From a bacterium (GTDB lineage Bacteria; Patescibacteriota; UBA1384; XYA2-FULL-43-10; JAKAMI01): a stretch of 64,000 nt of DNA. The notes beneath the pieces are model-generated. The model searched no databases. It had not been told where the DNA came from and saw nothing but the letters and a program-made list of their open reading frames with translations. The stretch covers positions 1,047-65,046 of the forward strand of contig JAKAMI010000002.1 of NCBI GenBank assembly GCA_021812945.1, written 5' to 3'. Every line of letters starts with the position of its first letter. Position 1 is the first letter of the stretch. This document shows positions 44,112 to 53,909 of the stretch, one piece after another. A program made the position numbers and the translations under genes.

Positions 44112-46187
44112 ATGGGTATTTTGGAGCAACTTAATCCTGAACAACGTGAAGCTGTGACCACCACCAGTGGTCCAGTTTTAGTGCTCGCGGGTGCAGGCAG
44201 CGGCAAAACTAGAGCGTTGACCTACCGGATTGCTTATCTGATTCAAGAAAAACGGGTTTCACCGTATTCGATACTAGCCGTGACCTTCACTAATAAGGCA
44301 GCGCACGAAATGAGTAACCGGGTTGCCCGCCTGCTCGCGTTTTCGTTGAATAAGACCAATTGGCCAAATGAGTCTAATTTGACCAATAAACTTCCTTGGC
44401 TGGGGACGTTTCACTCCATTTGCGTCAAAATTCTAAGACGCGAAGCCAACCACCTGGGTTACGAGCGCAGCTTCACTATCTACGACGATCAAGACCAGCA
44501 AGCGGTCATCAAAAAGATCTTACGAGATCTGCAGCTCGACCCTAAGAAAACTTCACCATCATCGATATCTTACTTTATCTCCGGGGCCAAAGCTGAACTT
44601 ATGACAGCGGCCGAATATACCAAGTATGCAACTTATGGCTTTCAGAAAATTGTCAGTGAGGTCTATTTCGCTTATGAAAAAGCTCTGAAGCGAGCCGAGG
44701 CAATGGACTTTGACGACCTAATTCTAAACTGCGTGCGCCTATTTCGTGAGTTCCCGGAGCTGTTAGAAAAATATCAGCGTCAGTTTCAATATATTTTAAT
44801 CGACGAGTACCAGGACACCAACCACGCCCAATACGTTTGGGCTAAATTGCTGGCTTCAGACCATCACAATATTTGTGTGGTGGGCGATGATTTTCAGTCG
44901 ATCTATTCTTGGCGCGGGGCGAATTTTCGCAACATTTTAGACTTCGGCAAAGATTATCCGGAAGCTAAAATTATCAAAATGGAGCAGAACTATCGCTCGA
45001 CCAAATCAATTCTGGGTGCGGCGCAGGGGGTGATAGAAAAGAATAAGGATCGAACCGACAAGAAACTTTGGACCGAGAACAAAGAGGGGGTGCCGGTAAC
45101 GGTTTTCGAGGCGGGGAGCGACCGTGACGAAGCGGACTTTGTCACTCGCGAAATTCGCGCTCTGAGAATGAACAGCCTAAATTACTCAGATTTTGCCATT
45201 TTATACCGTACTAATGCTCAGTCGCGGCAGTTTGAGGAGACTTTTATCCGCTACGGCATCCCGTACCAAATTATCGGCGGAGTCAGCTTCTACCAACGGC
45301 GCGAAGTGAAGGATGTCATCGCTTACCTGCGCTACATTCACAATCCGCGAGACCTGGTCTCGTTGGAGCGGATTATAAATGTACCGGCTCGGGGGATTGG
45401 GCCAAAAACAGCGGAGCTGCTTTTGGAAGTCAAAAGTCAAAAGTCAAAAGTCAAAAGTATGGAAGAGCTACCAGATAAGGTCAGAAAGTTTGAGGAGATG
45501 ATTACCAGTTTGCGTGAATACTATCAGAAACATTCCATAGTCGAGCTAATAGATACCTTGGCTCGAATGACGGGGTATAAGGATTATCTGCTGGACGGGA
45601 CGCCGGAGGGAGAGGCGAGGTGGGAAAACATTGAGGAGCTGATGAACATTGCGGCGGCACAAGCCGCCCCCTACGAAAATACAAAAGAAGGCACGAAAGT
45701 ACGAAAGTACAAATCTGGAGACGAACCGGTACCTCAGAATACCATTCCAGCCTCTCGCTCCGTCATTCCTGCGAAAGCAGGAATCCAGACTGGATCCCAG
45801 ATCGAGTCTGGGATGACGAGTAGCCGCGAGACGGATAATCAACTCGAGGAGTTTCTTGAGCGGGTTAGTTTGTATCAAGACTCGGAAAAATTGGACAAAG
45901 ACCGCGATGCGGTGGTTTTAATGACTTTGCACGCAGCCAAGGGCTTGGAATACGATACGGTTTTCATCGCCGGTCTGGAGGAAGGTATTTTCCCGCACTC
46001 CAGAAGCTTGACCGAAAAAGATCAGTTGGAGGAGGAGAGACGGCTTTGTTACGTCGGCATGACCCGGGCACAGAAAAGGCTATACCTGCTATATGCCCGC
46101 CAGCGGCTTTTTCATGGCAACATAATGGCGTCTCTCCCCTCAAGATTTTTGGGGGAAATACCAGCAGAGTTCACAGACATTCTGTGA
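44112..46187 (+). CDS. uvrD: ATP-dependent DNA helicase UvrD/PcrA with repeat insertions
   Basis: LNPEQREAV, AGAGSGKTRALTYR, TFTNKAAHEM, ILIDEYQDTN, VGDDFQSIYSWRGA. Inserts NKTNWPNESNLTNKLP, EVKSQKSKVKSMEE, YENTKEGTKVRKYKSGDEPVPQNTIPASRSVIPAKAGIQTGSQIESGMTSS. Confidence 0.85.
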   Translation: MGILEQLNPEQREAVTTTSGPVLVLAGAGSGKTRALTYRIAYLIQEKRVSPYSILAVTFTNKAAHEMSNRVARLLAFSLNKTNWPNESNLTNKLPWLGTFHSICVKILRREANHLGYERSFTIYDDQDQQAVIKKILRDLQLDPKKTSPSSISYFISGAKAELMTAAEYTKYATYGFQKIVSEVYFAYEKALKRAEAMDFDDLILNCVRLFREFPELLEKYQRQFQYILIDEYQDTNHAQYVWAKLLASDHHNICVVGDDFQSIYSWRGANFRNILDFGKDYPEAKIIKMEQNYRSTKSILGAAQGVIEKNKDRTDKKLWTENKEGVPVTVFEAGSDRDEADFVTREIRALRMNSLNYSDFAILYRTNAQSRQFEETFIRYGIPYQIIGGVSFYQRREVKDVIAYLRYIHNPRDLVSLERIINVPARGIGPKTAELLLEVKSQKSKVKSMEELPDKVRKFEEMITSLREYYQKHSIVELIDTLARMTGYKDYLLDGTPEGEARWENIEELMNIAAAQAAPYENTKEGTKVRKYKSGDEPVPQNTIPASRSVIPAKAGIQTGSQIESGMTSSRETDNQLEEFLERVSLYQDSEKLDKDRDAVVLMTLHAAKGLEYDTVFIAGLEEGIFPHSRSLTEKDQLEEERRLCYVGMTRAQKRLYLLYARQRLFHGNIMASLPSRFLGEIPAEFTDIL

Positions 46188-46289
46188 ACATCTGCCCCCT
46201 CGCAAAAGTACAAATGGCGGCACGAAAGTACAAAAGTACAAATAATTCCATAGGACTGACTCTGGACTTTTGAATCAAGGACTCTTATA

Positions 46290-47315
46290 ATGGGTCTACT
46301 TGGAGGATTCATCAAAAGGATCTTTGTCTCTGTGGTCGTCTTGCTGGCGGTAGGGCTGGTCTTTAGAGTCATCTACTCGGCCATGGCCAGCGACCACCTC
46401 AATGTAAATTCGGTCAAAACTTATCCTTTCATTATCAAAGTAACTGATCCGGACGGTCAGGTTTCTTCTTTTTCGGGATCAAGTTCTGTTTCAAAACCCG
46501 AGGAGATCGCCGCAGATTTGGGCACGGTCGTTTATCCTGAAGACAAGGTAAAAATTTTCCCGAATGTGGCGATGATGATGGGGGCGACTATTGAGGTCAA
46601 GCGGGCTCCGAAAGTCTATGTCACGGACTGGGGCAAAGAGACTCTTTACCGTTCGTTTGCGCCGACGGTCGGCGATTTTTTAAATGAAAAAGCTATAGAT
46701 ATAGGCCAGGACGACAAGTCCAACTTTTCGATGAGTACTGTGATTGTCGACAGCACCAGCATTAAAATCACCCGCGTGGCGGTGACGATAGTTGCGGAAA
46801 ACAAGCCGATCGTTTTCAAAACGGTGACAAAAAACGACCCAAACCTCGATGAAGGCCTAACCCGGATCGAAAAAGCCGGAGTCAACGGCAATACCAAGCT
46901 GACTTATCAAGTTACCAGAGAAAACGGGGTGCAAGTGTCTAAAATCCTCATCAAGACCGAGAAAACGGCTGATCCCCAGGATCAGATCCAATACAAAGGT
47001 ACCAGGCCGGTAATTACGGTTCCATGCAATTATAAATCAATAGTAATTACGGCCGCTATAAATAGTGGCTACAGCGCAAATAAAATTTGTAACCTTATGA
47101 TGAATGAAAGCCAGGGTAACTACTTATCTGTCGGAGAGTATGACGGAGTTCAGTATTACGGACTATTTCAATACACGATAGGTGATGGAAATGGGGGGTC
47201 TTGGGCTGATATGAGCCAAAAAGCCGGTTATGGTGGTTCAAGATGGAGTGACCCAACGGCACAGATCATGACAACCGCATGGGCTTTGACTCACGGCTAC
47301 GCATCAAAGTGGTGA
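46290..47315 (+). CDS. RpfB-like protein: DUF348-like N-region, G5 domain and C-terminal lysozyme-like (Rpf/transglycosylase) domain
   Basis: N-terminal TM. The G5-like segment is KPIVFKTVTKNDPNLDEGLTRIEKAGVNGNTKLTYQVTRENG. The C-terminus (NESQGNYLSVGEYDGVQYYGLFQY...) resembles Rpf transglycosylase. Confidence 0.55.
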   Translation: MGLLGGFIKRIFVSVVVLLAVGLVFRVIYSAMASDHLNVNSVKTYPFIIKVTDPDGQVSSFSGSSSVSKPEEIAADLGTVVYPEDKVKIFPNVAMMMGATIEVKRAPKVYVTDWGKETLYRSFAPTVGDFLNEKAIDIGQDDKSNFSMSTVIVDSTSIKITRVAVTIVAENKPIVFKTVTKNDPNLDEGLTRIEKAGVNGNTKLTYQVTRENGVQVSKILIKTEKTADPQDQIQYKGTRPVITVPCNYKSIVITAAINSGYSANKICNLMMNESQGNYLSVGEYDGVQYYGLFQYTIGDGNGGSWADMSQKAGYGGSRWSDPTAQIMTTAWALTHGYASKW

Positions 47316-47392
47316 CGATGTTGTCATTCCCGCTTTAGGCGTGCGAATCCACTAATAAATTAGGAATCGGGTAGATTCCCGCCTTCGCGGGA

Positions 47393-48499
47393 ATGACGGA
47401 AAAAGAGGTAGGGATAATCAAAATAAAAGTTACTGAAATCAAACAATTTCTGAGCGAAAATCAGACTTGGGCCAAGAAGAGTTTTGGCCAGCATTTTTTG
47501 GTTGACGAGAATGTTTTAAGCAAAATTGTGGCCACGGCCGAATTATCAAAATCAGATCGAGTCTTGGAGATCGGTCCGGGCTTGGGGGTCTTAACCGATC
47601 AACTAATTGAACGTGCAGGTGAAGTTGTAGCTATCGAAGCAGACCGGTTCTTAGCCAGTTGTCTGGCTAAGAAATATCAAACCCTACAACACGTCATTCC
47701 AGTGAAAGCTGGAATCCAGGGATTAGAAAAAACTGGATCCCAGATCAAATCTGGGATGACAGAGAAAGATGACTTTGGACTTTCAACTTTCAACTTTCAA
47801 CTAATTGAAGGTGACGCTTTGAAAGTCATCGACAGCCTGGAATTTAAAAGGGGATTTCGATCGAAACCTTATAAAGTGATCGCCAATATTCCATATTCGA
47901 TAACATCAAAATTATTAAGGCTGCTACTGGAAGAATATCAACCAACCTCAATCACTTTTTTGGTGCAAAAAGAGGTGGCGGAGAGGGTTTGCGCCAAGCC
48001 CGGTCGGATGAGCCTTTTATCATTATCCGTCCAATACTTCGGCACCCCGAAGATCATCGCCACCGTTCCGGCCGGAGCTTTCTGGCCACAACCAAAAGTT
48101 GAGTCAGCAATTTTGCACATCAAGTTGACCACGATACACACACCTGCCTGCCGGCAGGCAGGGAAATCAATTCACAGAGAGGACACAGAAAATTTAACCC
48201 TGCCCACCTCCGAGGAGTCAGAGCCCACCTCGGAGGTGTTTACGGGCAAAAATAATGAAACAATGAAACAATCTAGCAATGAGCTATTCAAACTGGCCAG
48301 AATCGGTTTAGGTTCCAAGCGGAAAATGCTGGCGCACAATTTATCGACCGGCTTAAGTCTTCCGCGGGAAGAAATTGTTGATATAATAAAATCGGTGGGA
48401 CTTAAGGAAACAGTCAGAGCGCAGGAGCTAAGCGTTAAGGAGTGGGAAGAATTATCACGCTCCCTCGCGAATCTACAAATTTGGCAAAAATACAAATAA
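47393..48499 (+). CDS. rsmA: 16S rRNA (adenine1518/1519-N6)-dimethyltransferase RsmA/KsgA with two composite repeat insertions
   Basis: SFGQHFLVDENVL...VLEIGPGLGVLT...IANIPYSITS. Inserts VIPVKAGIQGLEKTGSQIKSGMTEKDDFGLSTFNFQL and HTPACRQAGKSIHREDTENLTLPTSEESEPTSEVFTGKNNETMKQSSNE. Confidence 0.85.
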   Translation: MTEKEVGIIKIKVTEIKQFLSENQTWAKKSFGQHFLVDENVLSKIVATAELSKSDRVLEIGPGLGVLTDQLIERAGEVVAIEADRFLASCLAKKYQTLQHVIPVKAGIQGLEKTGSQIKSGMTEKDDFGLSTFNFQLIEGDALKVIDSLEFKRGFRSKPYKVIANIPYSITSKLLRLLLEEYQPTSITFLVQKEVAERVCAKPGRMSLLSLSVQYFGTPKIIATVPAGAFWPQPKVESAILHIKLTTIHTPACRQAGKSIHREDTENLTLPTSEESEPTSEVFTGKNNETMKQSSNELFKLARIGLGSKRKMLAHNLSTGLSLPREEIVDIIKSVGLKETVRAQELSVKEWEELSRSLANLQIWQKYK

Positions 48500-48548
48500 C
48501 ACTTCGCGTTCAATTTGTATTTTCGTAAGATTTGTAGATTCGCTAAGG
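48461..48548. repeat. Family-A palindromic element, copy 6, spanning the rsmA 3' end and the NRAMP leader
   Basis: tccctcgcgaatctacaaatttggcaaaaatacaaat...atttgtattttcgtaagatttgtagattcgctaagg. Confidence 0.7.
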
Positions 48549-48574
48549 ATATAGAGGTCGCTAAGGAGGGGATT

Positions 48575-50011
48575 GTGCAGGCAGAGAAGAATAAAATCGA
48601 CCAGAATGAGGTTGAAAAGCGTGAACCTTTTGTCGAGCGGGTGGCCGAGGCTCCGGCCAAAGTATTGGAGAAAACTGTTAAGAGCACCGAGGCGGTAATT
48701 GAGGGTACCGGAAAAGTCATCAAGAAAGTTTCCGAGCAAAAACCGATCCAAAAAGCCAAAGATTTTTGGCATATTTTGGGTCCCGGCCTGACCACCGGCG
48801 CGGCCGATGACGACCCTTCCGGCATTGCCACTTACTCGCAGACCGGCGCCAAGTATGGTTTTGGGCTTTTGTGGCTAGCGGCCTTTACTTTTCCTCTGAT
48901 GGCCGTGGTTCAGGAGATGTGCGCCCGAATCGGCCTAACCACCGGACGAGGACTGGCGGCTAACATCCGCATCCATTTTCCCCGCTGGGTGCTGATCGTC
49001 TGCACGGTTTTGCTATTTGTCGCCAATACTTTCAATCTGGGCGCCGACTTAGGCTCAATGGCCGAAGCCACCAGACTGCTGGTGCCGCAAATTGATTTTA
49101 CTTGGCTGGTTATTGGTTTCACCGTTCTCTGTCTATTTTTGCAAATATTTACCACTTACAAAAAATATGCCAAATACCTCAAATGGCTGGCGTTAGTGCT
49201 ATTTTCCTATGTTTTGGCGGCAGTTCTAATCCCGAACTTGAACTGGCATGAAATATTGCTTGCTGCAATTAAGCCCTCAATTGATTTTTCCAAGGATCAG
49301 ATGATCTTAATTTGTGGTATTTTGGGTACAACAATCTCGCCGTATTTATTTTTCTGGCAAACTTCGCAAGAGGTTGAGGAGGGGGAAGCGGTTGGAGAAA
49401 ACACCATCAAGGCTCGTCAGGACGCCGTCACCGATCATGACATTGCCGATATGCGGACCGATATTTGGAGCGGGATGTTTTTGTCCAATGCGGCCTTTTT
49501 TTTCATTGTCTTAGCCTGTGGCGCAACTTTGAATCGGGTCGGCATTACCAATATTAACACCGCAGCTCAGGCCGCCGAAGCGCTGCGACCCTTGGCGGGG
49601 GATCAATCATATCTGCTTTTCACTATCGGTATCTTGGGAGTTGGACTTTTGGGTGTGCCGATACTCGCTGGTTCAGCCGCCTATGCCATTTCCGAAGCTT
49701 TCGGTTGGACACAGGGGTTAAACAAAAAATTAAACCGGGCTTATGCTTTTTATGGGGTGATAATAATTTCAACTTTAATCGGTTTATCTCTCAATTTTAT
49801 AGGTCTTGATCCGATAAAGGCACTTATTTACGCAGCCGTTGCCAACGGGCTGGTGGCGCCGGTGATTCTGGTTTTGATTGTGCTGATATCTGGTAGCAAG
49901 AAAGTCATGGGCGAGCGGGTTAATGGTTCCTGGACAAAAACTGTCGGTTGGATCGCCACTATTTTTATGGTCGTCGCCGGCTTGGCCACCATTTATTCGT
50001 TCTTCCCATAA
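48575..50011 (+). CDS. NRAMP-family divalent metal cation transporter (MntH-like)
   Basis: GPGLTTGAADDDPSGIATYSQTGAKYGFGLLW and about 11 TM segments. Likely GTG start at 48575 after the SD aaggagggg; the ORF-track start lies inside repeat copy 6. Confidence 0.75.
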   Translation: MQAEKNKIDQNEVEKREPFVERVAEAPAKVLEKTVKSTEAVIEGTGKVIKKVSEQKPIQKAKDFWHILGPGLTTGAADDDPSGIATYSQTGAKYGFGLLWLAAFTFPLMAVVQEMCARIGLTTGRGLAANIRIHFPRWVLIVCTVLLFVANTFNLGADLGSMAEATRLLVPQIDFTWLVIGFTVLCLFLQIFTTYKKYAKYLKWLALVLFSYVLAAVLIPNLNWHEILLAAIKPSIDFSKDQMILICGILGTTISPYLFFWQTSQEVEEGEAVGENTIKARQDAVTDHDIADMRTDIWSGMFLSNAAFFFIVLACGATLNRVGITNINTAAQAAEALRPLAGDQSYLLFTIGILGVGLLGVPILAGSAAYAISEAFGWTQGLNKKLNRAYAFYGVIIISTLIGLSLNFIGLDPIKALIYAAVANGLVAPVILVLIVLISGSKKVMGERVNGSWTKTVGWIATIFMVVAGLATIYSFFP

Positions 50012-50105
50012 ACCATAAACAGCCTAAAGGCTGGGCTCAAGGTTTTCGTGGGAGTCTAAGCTTTAGCTTGTTTTCAGCCTAAAGGCTGGGCTACAAAATA
50101 AAGAG
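50010..50105 (+). repeat. Second locus of the cagcctaaaggctgggctcaag stem-loop repeat family (2 units)
   Basis: Same units as 9230-9420. Confidence 0.55.
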
Positions 50106-50777
50106 CCCACGCTTCAGCGTGTTAGACAGATAGTTCTCTTTCAACCCGTAATCCGAGGCGTACGGCCTCGGACTTCGGTTCGTATGGCCAGGGCGGTGAC
50201 CCTAGACGAGTTCGGTGAGGGGTTTCCCCAGGGTGAATTCCATGAGCTCCCTCAGTCTGACGAAGTGCAGCCTGGTCGCACCGTCCTCGATGCATCGGTG
50301 ACAGGCATTCCCGGCTCCCGGAAGTCCGTGGCAAAAGAGCCGATGGGTCAAGGCACAGAAGATTTCAGTGAACGGCTCGGATGCCGAAAAGCTGCTTGTT
50401 AGTGCCGGTGCGACTGGCACATTGTCTCGAGCGAGGGCTTCGGGGTGTGTGACCCACTGCCCGCTTGCTGCGATCAGTTCCGGGGCAACAATCTTCACGA
50501 AGGGTAGAATGTCTTGCAACCACGATGAGTGGCGAGACACTGATGACGCATTGGGATGTTGCTGGTGTGTGGCTGTATTGGGCAAAGGTGATCCCTCCCG
50601 GATCGGCGATATGGGGTACTTAAGAATAATGATAAAGAGTTTAGTTGACCAATACAACCCCTATTTTTGGATGATTGCTCAAAAGCCAATTTCTGCTATA
50701 GTAAAAATAATGAAAATTGATCAATCTATAGGGTAGATTCCCGCTTTCGCGGGAATGACAACAAACGCGTAAATCGT

Positions 50778-51488
50778 ATGAAAATCGATCAACCTGTCTC
50801 GATCATTATCAAGGCGTACAACGAAGAAGCCAATCTTGGCCGGGTCTTGAAAGTTTTGGCAAAAATCGATTGGATCGATGAAGTCATCGTGGTAAACGAC
50901 GGTTCTGAAGACGGGACAGCCGAAGTTGCCAAGAGTTTTGAAAATGATAAAATCCGCCTGGTTTCAAATCCGAAAAACCTCGGCATGGGCGGAGCTATGG
51001 CGACCGGTGTCAAAAATGCCAGACACAATCTCGTTTTATTTCTCGATGCCGATCTGGTGGGACTAACCGAACGGCATCTTTTGGCGATCTTGGCGCCCAT
51101 AATATTTACGAAGGAGGCCGATCTGGTTCTGGGAGTTTTTACTCTGAAGGATTTGTCTCACGATACCGGGACCAAGATCGCCAATCGCTTTTCTCCGCTT
51201 ATCTCCGGTCAGCGGGCGGTTTGGAAGTCGTGTTTGCCGGACCTGCAGAAAATCAGCGACAGCCGTTACGGCGCCGACCTTCTGATTGCCAAGCACATCC
51301 CCAAACAACGACGCGAGGTTGTGAAGCTGGAGGGTCTGTCTCAGGTAACCAAAGAAAAAAAGGCCAACGGCGACTTAATGAAAGCCATCCAAGCCAGAAT
51401 CAAAATGTACAAAGAAGTGATTGCAGTGATGGGGGAAAATAAGTCAAAAGTCAAAAGTAAAAATTTCAATTCAAAATTTAATAATTAA
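50778..51488 (+). CDS. Family 2 glycosyltransferase
   Basis: VSIIIKAYNEEANL...VVNDGSEDGT...LFLDADL. Confidence 0.8.
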   Translation: MKIDQPVSIIIKAYNEEANLGRVLKVLAKIDWIDEVIVVNDGSEDGTAEVAKSFENDKIRLVSNPKNLGMGGAMATGVKNARHNLVLFLDADLVGLTERHLLAILAPIIFTKEADLVLGVFTLKDLSHDTGTKIANRFSPLISGQRAVWKSCLPDLQKISDSRYGADLLIAKHIPKQRREVVKLEGLSQVTKEKKANGDLMKAIQARIKMYKEVIAVMGENKSKVKSKNFNSKFNN

Positions 51489-51527
51489 TACTTGCAATTT
51501 TGACTTTTGACTTTTGAATTATCAATT

Positions 51528-53420
51528 ATGCCCAAAGTCAACGATTACAAAAACGACATCAAGAAAGAGCTCGGCCGGCTGAAACGGATTTTACGTTCAT
51601 TTCAGATAACCGGTATTTTTCTGGCGGCTTTCGTGATTTTAATAGTTCTGGGATTTACGGCTTACAGCCTAATATTTCATAACAAAGTCTATTACGGCCT
51701 CAGAACCGGTAGCTTGACATTTGCTGGCCAAGATCAGGCTCAAGTGACCGGCCGGGTCAAAAGTGCCGCCGCCGATTTTTTGGGACAAGATATCGACTTA
51801 AACTACAACGATAAAACCTACCGGTTAAAAGCGGCCGAGATCTCTTTGGCCTACAATCCGGAATCGACTGCCCAGAATATATTTAGCTATGCCCGAGGCA
51901 ACAGCCTAAACGATTATTGGTTGCGTCTGAGAGCGATAATAGTCCATCAGACACAGCCTGCGGTTTATAGCTACGATCAGGAAGCGTTTAAGGCAAAAAT
52001 GGACAACATAGCCAAAGATCTGGACCAACCCGAAAAGGATTATACCTTGGGCATCTCCGGGGGCCAAGTAACTCTGTTAACGGCTCGGGCGCCCGGCCGC
52101 CGGCTCGATCGGGATAAACTCAAATCCGATGTTTTCAGCTGTTTTGATCAGATCAAAAACATAAATATCGCTCTGGTGGTTAGAGACAAACTGCCTCAGG
52201 TGTCGCTTGAGAGTGCGCAACAAGCGAAGAGGGCTGCGGAATCAATTTTGGCTGACGGCAGTCTGACCTTAACCTACCGGAACCAGCAATTTACACTCGA
52301 TGTCAACACCCTCGGCAGTTGGATTATTACCAAGCCCGACGGAAGCAATTTGCTGGTAGACTTCGATCGAGACAAAATAAACAGCTACCTTTTAACCATT
52401 TCACCCCTAATCAACACTCAACCGCACGACGCCAATTTAGCCGTAGTTAACGGCGTAGTGACCGTAACTCAGGCCAGCAGTGACGGCATCAGCGTCGATT
52501 ACGACGCGACCATCGGCAAGATCTTGGCCCTGCTAAGGTCTCGAATCGACGGCGTCGGGCAACCAAACGCTCAGACTTTGGCCATCAGCTACACCATCGG
52601 CAAACCGTCCATAACCCAAGAAACATTATCAAGTCTGGGACTAAAAGATCTCATTAGCTCCGGCACCACCAGTTTTACTGGATCACCGAAAAATCGTGTT
52701 TCCAATATTACCGTTGGCGCCAGGCTGATCAGCGGGGCACTAATCAAACCCGGGGATACATTTTCCGCTTTGAGCAGACTCGGGAAGATAGACGCCTCGA
52801 ACGGTTTTCTACCGGAGCTGGTTATCAAAAACAATAAAACCGTGCCTGAGTTCGGCGGCGGCTTGTGCCAAGTCTCGACTACGCTATTTCGAGCGGCTCT
52901 AAATGCCGGCCTTGACATTGTGGCGCGGCAAAATCACAGTTATCGCGTTTCCTACTACGAACCGCCGGTCGGCATGGATGCCACCATTTATGATCCGGCG
53001 CCGGACTTTAAATTTAAAAACGATACTTCGGGCTATATTTTGATTCAGGGGAAAGTCGTCGGCAACAACATTACCTTTGAATTCTATGGTACCAAGGACG
53101 ACCGTACGATCTCCATGACCGCTCCGGTTATTTCCAATATCACCCCGCCCGACCCGCCGATTATGGAAAACACCGATACGCTGCCGGCTGGAGAGACCAA
53201 GCAGACCGAGAAAGCCCACGACGGCGCGACGGCCTCGTTTGTCTATACAGTGGTGTTAAATGGCCAACAGTTACACAAAAATACTTTTGTCAGCCACTAC
53301 GTGCCCTGGCAAGCTCACATTCTTGTCGGCACCGGCGCTGTACCGGTCGATCCGAACGCCCAACCGGCCCCGCCCTCGCCCGACACCGGACAACCGGCAC
53401 CGGCACCGACGACGCCATAA
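51528..53420 (+). CDS. VanW-family protein with N-terminal TM anchor and Pro-rich C-terminus
   Basis: ATG at 51528. VanW core PEFGGGLCQVSTTLFRAALNAGLDIVARQNHSYRVSYY. Confidence 0.7.
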   Translation: MPKVNDYKNDIKKELGRLKRILRSFQITGIFLAAFVILIVLGFTAYSLIFHNKVYYGLRTGSLTFAGQDQAQVTGRVKSAAADFLGQDIDLNYNDKTYRLKAAEISLAYNPESTAQNIFSYARGNSLNDYWLRLRAIIVHQTQPAVYSYDQEAFKAKMDNIAKDLDQPEKDYTLGISGGQVTLLTARAPGRRLDRDKLKSDVFSCFDQIKNINIALVVRDKLPQVSLESAQQAKRAAESILADGSLTLTYRNQQFTLDVNTLGSWIITKPDGSNLLVDFDRDKINSYLLTISPLINTQPHDANLAVVNGVVTVTQASSDGISVDYDATIGKILALLRSRIDGVGQPNAQTLAISYTIGKPSITQETLSSLGLKDLISSGTTSFTGSPKNRVSNITVGARLISGALIKPGDTFSALSRLGKIDASNGFLPELVIKNNKTVPEFGGGLCQVSTTLFRAALNAGLDIVARQNHSYRVSYYEPPVGMDATIYDPAPDFKFKNDTSGYILIQGKVVGNNITFEFYGTKDDRTISMTAPVISNITPPDPPIMENTDTLPAGETKQTEKAHDGATASFVYTVVLNGQQLHKNTFVSHYVPWQAHILVGTGAVPVDPNAQPAPPSPDTGQPAPAPTTP

Positions 53421-53480
53421 TTTGACGGCAGGTCGCGACATTTGACAAGGTTTGGACGGGTTGTGATATAATTTGGGTCC

Positions 53481-53837
53481 ATGAAAAAGACTGAATTTGA
53501 ACAAATTCTTGAGGTGATATCGGATTTCCGCCAAATGGTCGCGGAAAAGTTTGAGGAACAAGATGCTAGATTTGAGAAAATTGATGCTAGATTCGAGAAA
53601 ATTGATGCTAGATTCGAGAAAATCGATTCTAGATTTGAAGACATTAACGACAGGTTCGACCAACAAGATGCCAAGATCAACAAGCTTTCTAAAGATATGA
53701 ATTGGGTCAAAGACATTCTGGATAGTCATACAGGCATGTTAAGGAGACTTGACGATGAACGACTGGCCGGTGTTTACCGAACGGATAGAATCGAAAAGCA
53801 AGTCGCTGATATGAAAAAACAGCTAAAACTGGCCTAG
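53481..53837 (+). CDS. Coiled-coil protein with four tandem 21-nt (7-aa DARFEKI) repeats
   Basis: gatgctagattcgagaaaatt x4 at about 53563-53650. Confidence 0.45.
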   Translation: MKKTEFEQILEVISDFRQMVAEKFEEQDARFEKIDARFEKIDARFEKIDSRFEDINDRFDQQDAKINKLSKDMNWVKDILDSHTGMLRRLDDERLAGVYRTDRIEKQVADMKKQLKLA

Positions 53838-53909
53838 TTGTTGCTGTGTTTGGTGATTTCCGCTTAGACAGCGGTTTTTTGTTTGGGTGATATTTGCTAT
53901 CATTTAGCC

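Noticed and set aside
45201-45878. Minus-strand ORFs inside uvrD and similar short antisense ORFs throughout
   Set aside because: They are embedded antisense in strongly supported genes and carry no motifs.
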